The notes beneath the pieces are model-generated. The model was not told the origin of the DNA. It saw nothing but the letters and a program-made list of their open reading frames with translations, and did not search any database. The position numbers were made by a program, and so were the translations under genes. From Balanoglossus misakiensis (Eukaryota > Animalia > Hemichordata), in contig CM082597.2 in assembly GCA_040954595.2 (NCBI GenBank), forward strand, positions 7,708,343 through 7,772,342: a DNA stretch of 64,000 bases, read 5' to 3'. Each line of letters starts with the position of its first letter. Within the stretch, counting starts at the first letter, position 1. Below, one piece after another: positions 30,201 through 39,405 of the stretch.

Positions 30201-32038
30201 GCTTGGGCCCGTAATAAAGAAGAAATATTCCAACAATACCAATAGGGGCACAAGCCCGATAGGCTTGTGCCCCTAAAAATCCACACTTAAAAGAAACGAC
30301 AATTCTTTGAATTTTACTGATCGTACATACTTACCACGGAATTCTTTTTACCAGCACCAAACGGCAAACTGGCAACATCGTATTTCTTTCATGCCAGCAA
30401 CGCGTTATCTCTAAAATTGTAACAACGTCACAATGTACTAGACAAAGAGGCGTCCCCCCATCCCAATTGTGCAGTTGAAGTACGTGCGTGTTGAGAGAGA
30501 GACGTGAACAGAAAGGGGTAGGAGACTGACTTGAACACGGACGACGAGAGTTGTTTAGCGTGTCGAACGCTGCTCTACGAAGCTCGTAGTTACCTACTGA
30601 CCGGGACATTTGCGCTTGAACGGACTGGGTTCCTCCCGATTGCCGCACGCCGGCGGGTATGAAAGTGTAGGCTAAGACGTCGATCCACCGGCCGGCTGCA
30701 CTGTTCCCAACATTACCAGCTCCACGCCACTTTGAGCTGCACCGCGGTCGGATATCCCACCCCGGCTGTCGGACAGCATATGAAGGTGTCTGAGGCCTTT
30801 TCTAGTCAAAACTTTGGGGTTTTCGGAATGGGAAATAGCGGAACAAGAACATGGATATATACTAAATCATGAACGCCAAACAAACACGTTGAAAAAGCCA
30901 GATCTGAAAAATTCATGTGGCGTCCGCCGCTGGGCGCATTGACGCGTCAACGTTTTTTTCAAACAACGTAACCTGTCACGATTGCTGCCACAAACAACAA
31001 GTTCGTGGGTAGGTCGAGAAAGTTCTCAAGCGGCCGGGTGATCGCGGCAAGGTTAGCGGCGGCCTCGCACGCCCGAATTTGCCACAAAACTATCAGTCCA
31101 CACAGCAATGCCGTTCAAACTCTTCTGTCGTATTTATTTCAACACAAATTCAGAATACAACACGGCAGTTTGGTACGTCGTCTCTATCCTACACTGCTAA
31201 TTCTCATCTCAATCTCTAAAAAAGTTCAACAGACGGGATACACTGCAACCCGCGGCACTAGGAACGGCAAAATTCACGTCTCTGCTTCACAGGAATCTAC
31301 CGACCTGAAGTGGGAGGAACCCAGTCCGTTCAAGTACAAATGTCCCGGTAAGAAGGTAACTACGAGCTTCCTAGAGCAGCGTTCGAGTCGACACGTCTCT
31401 CTCAACACGCACGTTCTTCAACTGCGCAATAGGGATGGGGGGCGCCTCTTTGTCTACTAAATTGTGACGTTGTTACAATTTTAGAGATAACGTGTCGGGC
31501 CCCCTCAAAGAAAGCCGGTGGCCCCCTCAAAGAAAGCCGGTGTTGCTAGTTTGGCATTTGTTGCTAGTATTCTGAATATCGTAGTAATGCACCAAAGGGA
31601 AAGTCAATGATAAATGAATGAATGTCTATGATAACAAACACCGAGCAAAATGCCTGACTTACGTAAACCAGTCTTTCGGTAACACAATCCGATCAGATCA
31701 TCCCAACAGCAGTTTAACTCATGGCACCCTTCCTTTGTCGAAATCGATTGTCCGCACAAGGTCCTCATTGCCGGTGCTACCCAACAAGGGGAACCTGTTG
31801 ACATGAATGGATAAGTGGCTCCATGATTGTTGAAACATTCCCAGCCCGGCACAGCTTACATCGAATCAAAACGTTTGAAGTCAGGAAGTGTCAAGTTGGT
31901 GTCAGCAAATAATGAAAAAAAAATCCATGAAGGTTAACTGGGAAAATTCAAAGAATTTGTCGTCATACCTTCATGTGGGAAACCTTCACCCACAGCCGCA
32001 GCTGGGATCAGTAAAATAAAAAATATCAGGCAGTACAT
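60..32038 (-). CDS. Gene 1: multi-exon mosaic extracellular/receptor protein (SP-trefoil-FTP-EGF-Link-FA58C-PAN-CUB-CTLD-LDLa x6+), 3' end beyond window; possibly GRL101-like
   Basis: 18-19 exons with GT/AG boundaries chain in compatible phases (mostly phase 1) without stops; each encodes a recognisable Cys-pattern domain. GRL101-like identity is inferred only from the CUB-CTLD-LDLa run; no LRR or 7TM is visible. Confidence 0.8.
652..691. repeat. GC-rich hairpin, likely terminus of an unclassified non-autonomous repeat
   Basis: AGCAATAACCCCCCGCC-loop-GGCGGGGGTTATTGCT inverted repeat. Confidence 0.45.
846..962 (-). CDS. Gene 1 exon, LDLa repeat
   Basis: [39 protein letters not shown]; 117 nt, phase 1-1, GTAAG donor. 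Confidence 0.9.
2069..2188 (-). CDS. Gene 1 exon, LDLa repeat
   Basis: [40 protein letters not shown]; 120 nt, GTAGG donor. Confidence 0.8.
2593..2724 (-). CDS. Gene 1 exon, LDLa repeat (lacking first Cys pair)
   Basis: [44 protein letters not shown]; 132 nt, GTATG donor. Confidence 0.85.
2814..2966 (+). repeat. (CAC)n/(CAA)n microsatellite
   Basis: Direct inspection; intronic. Confidence 0.9.
2986..3096 (-). CDS. Gene 1 exon, LDLa repeat
   Basis: [36 protein letters not shown]; 111 nt, GTAAG donor. Confidence 0.9.
3501..3623 (-). CDS. Gene 1 exon, LDLa repeat
   Basis: [40 protein letters not shown]; 123 nt; phase-1 donor GTACGG. Confidence 0.88.
3911..3958 (-). CDS. Gene 1 possible short linker exon
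   Basis: CAG acceptor, GTTAAG donor, 48 nt, phase 1-1, [16 protein letters not shown]; no domain support. Confidence 0.35.
4250..4392 (-). CDS. Gene 1 exon, C-type lectin domain C-terminal part
   Basis: [42 protein letters not shown] (QPN, WHD-x-x-C, FIC motifs). Confidence 0.88.
4815..4896 (-). CDS. Gene 1 exon, C-type lectin domain middle
   Basis: [27 protein letters not shown]; completes the IGL motif from the upstream exon; phase 1-2. Confidence 0.88.
5206..5406 (-). CDS. Gene 1 exon, C-type lectin domain N-terminal part
   Basis: [20 protein letters not shown]...[21 protein letters not shown]...WIYIG; 201 nt. Confidence 0.88.
5546..5968 (-). CDS. Gene 1 exon, CUB domain
   Basis: [27 protein letters not shown]...LNFKGFDV...CNTDYVKI...GRYC...GFLAEYS; 423 nt, phase 1-1. 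Confidence 0.92.
6160..6302 (+). repeat. (TACA)n/(TACG)n microsatellite
   Basis: Direct inspection; intronic. Confidence 0.92.
6328..6600 (-). CDS. Gene 1 exon, PAN/apple domain
   Basis: [29 protein letters not shown]...GTDYYIR; 273 nt, phase 1-1. Confidence 0.82.
6770..6962. mobile_element. TTAA-flanked MITE family M2; copies at 36819-37001 and 39730-39903 (inverted, truncated)
   Basis: TTAA-AGGTATAC.GTCACCT ... AGGTGA.TGTATACCT-TTAA; Kolobok/piggyBac-type target site. Confidence 0.82.
7180..7351 (-). CDS. Gene 1 exon, FA58C/discoidin C-terminal part
   Basis: VFLVNN...[30 protein letters not shown]; phase 0-1. Confidence 0.85.
7575..9362 (-). mobile_element. 5'-truncated, degenerate non-LTR retrotransposon (LINE ORF2 3' part; clade uncertain)
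   Basis: [20 protein letters not shown] (degenerate YADD), YLG, ELGRYP and a C-terminal CCHC-like motif across three frameshifted ORFs. Confidence 0.9.
11430..11952 (+). mobile_element. L2/CR1-group LINE RT fragment
   Basis: FYADDSSLY...LCLNDDKTE...LGVILDS...[17 protein letters not shown]; in-frame stop. Confidence 0.88.
12191..12537 (-). CDS. Gene 1 exon, FA58C/discoidin N-terminal part
   Basis: [13 protein letters not shown]...IWTSS...YLISGV...[15 protein letters not shown]...KE; 347 nt, phase 1-0 matching the next exon. Confidence 0.8.
13260..13464. mobile_element. Short MITE with ~31-bp TIR (CACG...CGTG)
   Basis: CACGATTGGAACTATTTTGGGATAATTGCAT versus ATGCAATTATCCCCAAATAGTTCAAATCGTG. 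Confidence 0.6.
13600..13878 (-). CDS. Gene 1 exon, Link-module-like domain
   Basis: [35 protein letters not shown]...C...VIC resembles the Link consensus C-x3-GA-x-LAT-x5-AW-x2-G-x-E-x-C; 279 nt. Confidence 0.72.
14171..14293 (-). CDS. Gene 1 exon, EGF-like domain
   Basis: [34 protein letters not shown]; 123 nt, phase 1-1. Confidence 0.92.
14562..15330 (-). mobile_element. Second HINE-like family element
   Basis: TGACC-tgtc-GGTCA mini-hairpin with subTIR AGAGCTCTGCTG; ~144-bp internal repeats; (GACG)n; terminal hairpin AGCTCGGCTGACAC-AA-GTGACAGCAGAGCT. Confidence 0.68.
14790..16137. repeat. Near-perfect 674-bp tandem duplication
   Basis: 14790-15463 is repeated at 15464-16137. Confidence 0.92.
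16199..16450 (-). CDS. Gene 1 exon, fucolectin/FTP-like domain second half
   Basis: [18 protein letters not shown]...HVFC...[10 protein letters not shown]; 252 nt, GTGAG donor. Confidence 0.72.
16676..16963 (-). CDS. Gene 1 exon, fucolectin/FTP-like domain first half
   Basis: TYNVAMHC...WALNDG...YCFATE...VESVRLF; 288 nt, phase 1-1. Confidence 0.72.
17698..30275 (-). mobile_element. Nested/tandem array of eight non-autonomous Helentron-like (HINE/DINE-1-like) elements
   Basis: Each unit has TTAAA-GCTGCAAGCAGC mini-hairpin plus subTIR at one end, internal tandem subrepeats, a (GAAA/GAA/TAA)n microsatellite and a long GC-rich hairpin containing the same subTIR at the other end. No TSD; A/T-run junctions. 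Confidence 0.75.
30328..31590. mobile_element. Foldback-type element with long imperfect terminal inverted repeats
   Basis: 30401-30637 is the reverse complement of 31312-31494 with one indel; weaker similarity extends to 30328 and 31590. Confidence 0.7.
31663..31854 (-). CDS. Gene 1 exon 2, trefoil (P) domain
   Basis: [36 protein letters not shown] trefoil Cys pattern; 192 nt, GTAAG donor. Confidence 0.85.
31969..32038 (-). CDS. Gene 1 first coding exon, signal peptide
   Basis: [23 protein letters not shown] followed by a phase-1 GTATG donor. Confidence 0.8.
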
Positions 32039-35000
32039 GTCTACGGTTTGCCGAGCTTCATGCACTGACGGGTAGGCCTACAAAGATGCAAGTATTAACT
32101 CCCAGTACGATAACTACTTTGGAGATATAATTACTATGAAATGTGTTTGATTGTGATTGGCCTAAACTATGCAAAACAGAGATGAAAATGCCTGTCCAAT
32201 ACCCAATAGTAATGGATGTTTAATCATGTTAATTGTGATTCATGCTCTCTAAGCTAGTGTCAAATCGCCGAGTTTTGGTATACACCAATAAACATTTACA
32301 TTTGAACGATGCATTTGGTCAGGAATATGACCAACAAAAAACTTGCAATGTAATCTAATGCCGTTGGCTCTCATTTCTTCAAAGTGTGTTGAACATACTA
32401 GTCAGAGGGGTAGTAATTTTATGTGCGAACAACGTGCACGGATTATACTTGTTAGTTCCAAATTCTCTGTATGTGCCATTTGGTTTGAGACTTCAAAAGA
32501 TTTCCAATAATGTGAAAATTTCCCCACTGATAATCTTAAAAATTTTCATAGCGGCACACTTCCTAAACAGGGCGTTATCTCCAAGCAGACGAAGCGAAAA
32601 CGAGGCCAGCAAGCCACGGACTACTGCTGGAGATCGTCGGGTTTGTTGTATATATGATACAATTTGATGGTAAAAATTATAATTCAACATTTCCTAACTA
32701 TATCGACAATACACAAGACGATAACATTTACATCCCATGGCCTACTGGTCTCGTTTTCGCGTCATCTTGGAAGGGTGCCCTCTTTACAAAAAAGGCGTTT
32801 CGAAATATTCTCCTTTATTAGACAGGAGTGTCCATGAAGTACCCCATGATCGAATCTAAGAAACATTTTCACACTATGGGCCAACAGTCCCTACACATGG
32901 ACACTACAGCGAACAGGTGTATGATTTAAGGGGTCGTCATTATATACCCCCCGGGGGTATATAATGACGGAGGAATATCACTAGAAAATCATAAAATTTG
33001 GATTAACCCCTCAGACAAACAAACAAGCGGAATCTGAGTAACCGACCTCTTCTAACACAGACATTTCAGGTGACCCCCTCCCTTACCAACCCGGAATATT
33101 TACGTATCAAAACATCAGGCGACATCACCCATACTAATTATAAATTGTCCTGTCAAAATTTCTGTTGTGTTGTCGTTTGAAATCTGACCTTCTCAGTTTC
33201 GTCATTCAGGAACTGATGTGGCACACGGTACGGCCTGACTTACTCATCCATCGATAGTCTTGCCACTGCATTAGCCAGACAGATGCCAGCAAACAATGAT
33301 ATGGGTGTGACCCATAAGATATCATACTACACGCACAGAGATCAGTCACATGAACATTTTCTAACGACAGATGATTCCTTAAATCATAGCCTCAATTCTT
33401 GACCAAAACAACATATCTGGGGGTTATACACTTTTTAACAGCTCAACATTCCAACATTCACAGTAAAAAGCAGCATAGACGCTGATGACACTGTTATTCA
33501 TCTATTGAGTACCGTGACTGTGTCTTCATTCGCAGATCCGTAACATATGGCATAGCCTACAGTATCTTCTGTATCAGTGAGGCATGAGGCTTACATTCAC
33601 GGGCGTGGCATGCTCTGGATAGGTGATATGCCGATAATCCAGGTTTTGCCAGTGGTGTTTTAGGCCTACACGCAAATCAGGCAGATGCATTTTGCTACAC
33701 ATTGTCATCAATCACAACTCAGGATACTTTAGTAATAACACTCATGCCAAATTCAAATACGCTGATATGAAAGTGATTAATATGCATGAACAAGGATTGC
33801 CTGTAATAATCAGTAAGCTCAGTCCATGTATGTTTTGTATTCCGTCATGTCAAAATGTTGGAAATCAACAGTAAAACACATTCTCACGTTTGGGGTAAAA
33901 ACATAAAACAACTAAAATTACACTGAAAATGATAAAAATATACGAATGTTTGTGTACATGACAGGTATAAAAGCTGAACACAAAACTCAGATAGTTTATA
34001 CAATGGTTAATATGACAAAAACTACGAAAACGTTTTCATAAAAAATTATACATCTTATACAGTAAATATTAGACTCTAACTAGCAAGGAATTGTGGTATT
34101 TGATGTTAAATACAATGGTAGTAATACAGAACTATACATTGAAAGACTTTCTAACAAACACACATCAGATATATTCTCATAAGATATATAAAATACTGCT
34201 ATTCATACACGATATAAAATACTAGACTTTTAGAATACTTGTGTGTATTTGAATACAAATACATTGGTTAGAATACCAGTGATATAATTTTTTTATACAA
34301 TTTTTTTCTTGACAGCCAACAAGCTTTAAGAGAAGAATTTGTTTAAGGCAAACTGTAGTTAATAAGAAATAATTTTGCAAAATACGTTCATGATTTATAA
34401 AAGTTACTCCTACTTCATTTGTTTTTACCGTAAAGATCCAAATTGGTCAATTGGATATTTCTATCAATATTGATAAATTGGCTACCATCAATTTTCAGCA
34501 ACTATCGAGTGTAGTGTTCATCTTCCCACATGGTTGGTCACACTGTTTTGGGTGATTTTATATTGAGAGCATTTTTATTGGACACTTGGATGCTTCGAAA
34601 TACTGGAAGGCAATATCTAACATTAAAATATCTAACATATCCCAGGGTATTAGCACCATTATGAGAGTATGATTGAAAATTGATCCGTAAAGGCCCAGTA
34701 GCTGCATTCCATTTGACACAAATCATGTCTGACATTGTCCAGAACTCAAAAACCATTCAATATCACAGGTATACATCAAGTTGGCATATAAAGTTACTCC
34801 TGAAAATTTAGAATATGAACCAGAGAGCCTTTCAGTAGGGAAGGGGGGGGGGGGCAATCAATTAACTTGATCAAGACAGGCCAATCAGGGTTTTGATTTT
34901 GCATTCAAAAACACTATGAATGACATTCACATATAACATGCCTCTGAATGTGATTACCATAATTATAAAATGGCATTAAAATCCTAGGTCAAATTTAACC

Positions 35001-35134
35001 ACTAACCGACTATGTCCGATCAATGTGTGTTTTTGTAATTCACTATAAATTAACTATAAACAGTTTCTGGACAGAGTCGGGCATTTTGTTGGTATATATA
35101 CCACAAACTGCATAAACTGATACAGCTATGTGTA

Positions 35135-35749
35135 TTAAGGTAGTAGGCACCTCAAAAAATCAAAGTCTTAAAACTTTTTCTGATGTTGTGAATGCAACTT
35201 TGGATTATTTTCTCTTAAAATTGAGAATAAAGATCACTGTGCAAAATTTTGAATGAGAGAGCGAAATTGGTTCAAATTACACAAATTTGAAATACAAAAT
35301 GCCCACTGACCTGTGTTAAAGGGACAAAGTCTCTCTCTCTCGCTGCCCCTGTTTGAATCAACGTTCGACCACACACAACATCCATCCAACTTGTAGACAC
35401 GAGAGTAAAAAACTTGCCAAAATGAACATTCGGTGTTTACCATTTATTCACTTTGGTGAGATTTTTACTCTCATATCCTACAAACGGAACAGAAGTTGTG
35501 TGTCGTTGAATGTTGATTTACTATATATCCACATGTAGAATAATATAAACAGTGTCTTGTATCAAATATAATTAATCGAAAAAAGGCCAGCGAGAGAGTG
35601 ACTTTGTCCCTTTAACTAAACTGAGAAAATATAAAGTAGAGCTTTTCATTTCTTTTGTTGCTTTCAAAATGATTCCTCACACACTTGAAAGATTTAGAGG
35701 ACTTTCATTCTTTTTCTGAAAACTGTCCACGAGGAAAATACTACCTTAA
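35135..35749. mobile_element. TTAA MITE (GGTAGTA TIR) containing a nested TTAA MITE at 35316-35615 (AGGGACAAAGTC TIR; related copy at about 46701-46876)
   Basis: TTAAGGTAGTA...TACTACCTTAA outer ends; TTAAAGGGACAAAGTC...GACTTTGTCCCTTTAA inner ends. Confidence 0.75.
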
Positions 35750-35783
35750 TGATTTTGTCATTGATCAAAGACTCAAAAGAAGA

Positions 35784-35980
35784 TCATTTCCTGAAGTTGG
35801 GACACTGTGATGGTGGAATATACTGTAGATTATAGAGTACAGTTCCCGCAGCACACATACAACCAGGAACGCAATCGTCTTGAATACATTCACTTCTCGT
35901 CAAACTATTGACAGTATCGCAGGTCTCCATACAGGCTGGTGTACATTCACTATACACTGCTCCTTTCGGACAATTCACCG
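35784..35980 (-). pseudogene. KCP: KCP-like terminal exon, TIL domain
   Basis: VNCPKGAVYSECTPACMETC...CVPGCMCAAGTVLYNLQYIPPSQCPNFRK-stop. Confidence 0.85.
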
Positions 35981-36043
35981 CTGAAAACAAAAAAATGAAA
36001 GATTTCTTCAATCCATAACCAATATCCACCTAGCGTACTGAAG

Positions 36044-36254
36044 TACTGTAAAACACTTTATTTTCGCGAGTCGAAATTTTCGCGATATCGAGAGAGGCCA
36101 CTTTTTCGCGAGTATTAATTTTCGCGTTCTCTTATTTCATTCACTGCGTTGTTATCTTCAAAACAATTTACGCGACTTTTTATTTTCACGCTATTTTGGC
36201 TCTCGCGTATTTCCCGTAAATTTATTGCTCGCGAAAATAAAGTGTTTTACAGTA
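36044..36254. mobile_element. MITE family M1 ([30 protein letters not shown]); other copies at 37811-37974, 42002-42213, 46186-46398, 58205-58302 (half), 59392-59565 (truncated)
   Basis: ~25-bp TIRs flanked by TA (Tc1/mariner-like target duplication); six copies in the window. Confidence 0.88.
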
Positions 36255-36589
36255 GTTAAAAAGTATACAATGTATGCAAATTTAGCCACAGTTACCATGG
36301 AAAGTTGAGACATGGCCAATCAGAGATTTTGGCTATACACACTTTTTACCACTTAAGGGTATATTTCACACCAGTTCTGTACCTTGCATTGTTGACAAAT
36401 TATTGTTTTCAAACTTCATTAAAACAATGTGCTCTCCGCCATGAATGTGCACTTTTAACCCTTTCACCACATGGTTTGATCCAAAGCCACTGTTTCCTAC
36501 GACAAAGATGGACCTCAATACAGGGATACAGGGGTGATACGGTTTAAACATCTGGCAAATAGGTGATTGTAATATTGATTTGTACTCAC

Positions 36590-36766
36590 CACAGGACGAT
36601 TTCTCCAGTCCAGCACAATCCCCTTCCTCCTGGCTTCATAGGCATAGGCAAACAATACATCACATAGACACTTTTCATGCACAGGATATGCACACATATC
36701 AGACAAACACGATTCATAGAACGGAGCTGGGTTTACTACACCATGGGCTGGCCGAAATAATGGTCC
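36590..36766 (-). pseudogene. KCP: KCP-like exon, C8 domain (frameshifted at 3' end)
   Basis: GPLFRPAHGVVNPAPFYESCLSDMCAYPVHEKCLCDVLFAYAYEARRKGIVLDWR; ends in phase 0 but the next exon needs phase 1. Confidence 0.82.
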
Positions 36767-37430
36767 CTGTGTAAAACCAAACAAAAATAACAACGGATCA
36801 TTTACAATGATAAACTGTTTAAAGGTATACGGTCACCTATGGAAAATTAGCAATAGTTACCATGGCAAATTGAGGACTAGCCAATCACAGATTTTCAGTG
36901 GGTGGCACACGCGAAAAAAAGAGCGCCACCATATATTCTCAACTATGCCATTTCAGCCATATATAGGCGTATGTAAATTGGAGATGACTGTATACCTTTA
37001 ATCTATCTATCCATATATGATTTTTTTATAAGAAAAGACAAAGTTACTATCAATGTAACAGTGCTACTTGCAAAGAAATGTATGTAAAATTGACAATTTA
37101 CAGAATATTTGGGTAAACATCACACACATCTTTGTGCAACAACTGTTAGTAAAAATGTTCAATCTGGACAATCTGATTAAAATCATAATAAAGTAAAAAA
37201 TGGGCGAATTTTTCACGTATTTGTGTTTTCCCCCAAAATTCAGCTGATATTTATACGATCACAAACACTTTTGGAAAGGTGTAGCACAAATTATTAACAT
37301 TAATCTTATGTCACATTTGTAAAGCTCTAATTCATTCCTTTACAATTAGGGATGTGTATTTTTTGATTGTGGAAGTCCGAATTTAGTTTGGAAAGCGTTA
37401 GCAATTGTTAATATGCTAATTTCTTCCTAC

Positions 37431-37596
37431 CTTTAGAATATTACACTGTTGTCTGGCATTGATTCTAATCAACATTCCGGCTTTTCCACAGGTGTCAATT
37501 TCTTCTCCGTCCCTACAACTGCACGGAATTGGAGTTTTGGCCAACCAGGAATTACCAAATGCAGAAGCTGATCGGTGAACAGTTCCATTGACATCC
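37431..37596 (-). pseudogene. KCP: KCP-like exon, VWD end / C8 start
   Basis: DVNGTVHRSASAFGNSWLAK...CSC...TC...ARQQCNILK; phase 2-0. Confidence 0.85.
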
Positions 37597-38235
37597 CTGA
37601 AATGTGTTGCATTTAAACCTGCATTAGTTGTGGTATTGGAAATTCTTTGAAATAGTTGTGTTTGGTCATTAAAACATACACACCTCCGACAAACCTGTAT
37701 CTGTTGGTCTTATTACACTAATCACAATTGTAAATTGCTTGATGTTCAACACATAAGATAAAAATATCTGTTGAACATCAAGCAATTTTCATTAAATTAT
37801 TTTTAGATAATACTGTAAAACACTTTTAGCGAGTATTAATTTTCGCGTTCTCTTATTTCATTCACTGCATCATTATTCTTAAAAAAAATACGCAACTTTT
37901 TATTTTCACGCTATTTTGGTTCTCGCGTGTGTCGAGAAAATTCATTGCTCGCAAAAATAAAGTGTTTTACAGTAGTATTACTAATACACTGTTTTTACTC
38001 TAAAATGCTCAAAGTAGAAAAATAGGCATGAGGAAAAGAGAGACAGCAAGACAGATGTTTGAAGTCTCTTAATTTTCCAGAATTGTCGTGTTTCCTGCAG
38101 TGACTTTCCAAGGAATTTCAGAGTTTGGATTGAAAATTGATAATACTATTACTAATGTTTCAGGAGTTAACACTGTACGAACCCTGATGCGTTTATTGAT
38201 GACAGACTCTCACATTGTACAACCAAATGACTTAC

Positions 38236-38383
38236 ATGAAATCATCACCAGGATTATCATTGAAGTTGCCACACAGACCACAGAGTCTCCCTTTGTATGT
38301 ACCATCTGCGGTGACCTCTCCAAAATGGGAGCCATCCCACGACACGCGAATACCAATACTTGTATGCACAACCACCATCAACC
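38236..38383 (-). pseudogene. KCP: KCP-like exon, VWD domain
   Basis: GIRVSWDGSHFGEVTADGTYKGRLCGLCGNFNDNPGDDF; phase 1-2. Confidence 0.9.
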
Positions 38384-38438
38384 CTGTCATGTGATAATGG
38401 AAAACAAGGTTGTTGATACAAATCAGGTTATATGTCTA

Positions 38439-38790
38439 TTAAAGCCCCTATAGCTGCCAAATTTCACATATTTTTTCCTCAATAAAATACTTCAAATATG
38501 TTCCCTATCCTCTAAAATCTTTACCATTACGCCATATGACTTGCATTTGCATCAGTTTGGCATCTCTTTGCAATGCATACGACGACAGCTGCGTACTGTT
38601 TCTATGGAGGCTTATTAAATCAGTGTGGCACCGTTTTAATACATAACATGTTCAAATTGCAACATGCAGTCACAATCAGACATCGATAAGGTGTTCATGT
38701 TTACCTATGAGTAAGCTTATTTAGATGGAACAATTTCACTTGGGGAAATAAAGTCATGAAAATAATGCAAAAAGTGACAGCTCTAGAGGC
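38439..38790 (+). mobile_element. TTAA-AGCCCC family element; second copy 63689-64000, isolated opposite end at about 63060-63088
   Basis: About 300 bp of strong similarity between 38439 and 63689; reverse-complement terminus GGCAGCT..GGGGCTTTAA at 63088. Confidence 0.75.
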
Positions 38791-39405
38791 AATTAAATTT
38801 GAAAAGATTATGAGTTCATCAGATGTAGGGAGACAGAAGAACACGAAAAGCAAAGACCAAGTAAAGGAAAAAGTGTTGCGTATCTCTACAATTAACTTTC
38901 ATCAGATTGACAATGTCAATGTCACTAGGTGTGTTATTTATAATCAGTGATTATCATAGCAAACTTCAATGGGGTTCACATTGGTCAGTTTATTATGGGG
39001 GTCACACACACACACCATTAAGACGGTTCTGAATCGTCTCAGATCAGATACCGTCTTAAAAAAACACGTGTAGACGGTGCAAGTGGTTCTGAAACGTCTC
39101 AGATTTGAGATGGCTTTGCCGGCCAGACCTGAGCTGGTGTAAGGATTAACACCTCTCCGCAACCCATCGTCTATGGGGCCGAGCCTCAGCGCCTATACAT
39201 AAACTTTGTGTGTGTGGACACACGCAACTCTAAGGATTAATGCTCTGCGTTTACCATAGGCAAATAGTGTCTCAATTTTTTCCCTGTATGAACCTGGTAT
39301 ATGTCAGCCCTTTGAATGTGGTTACATGTTTTAAGTTGGCTAAACAATGCAGACATATCTAGGTATGAAAAGGGTTAAGTTCGACCTAAAATTTGATTGA
39401 CTTAC

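Noticed and set aside
17698-30275. CRISPR-like array or coding repeats (recurrent [21 protein letters not shown] ORFs)
   Set aside because: Units are 1.2-2.7 kb with homologous interiors rather than unique spacers, there are no cas genes, and the context is a eukaryotic intron. The short ORFs start at alternative codons and change frame between copies.
31005-31460. 151-aa plus-strand ORF
   Set aside because: It lies within the foldback element, runs into its inverted arm and shows no recognisable domain.
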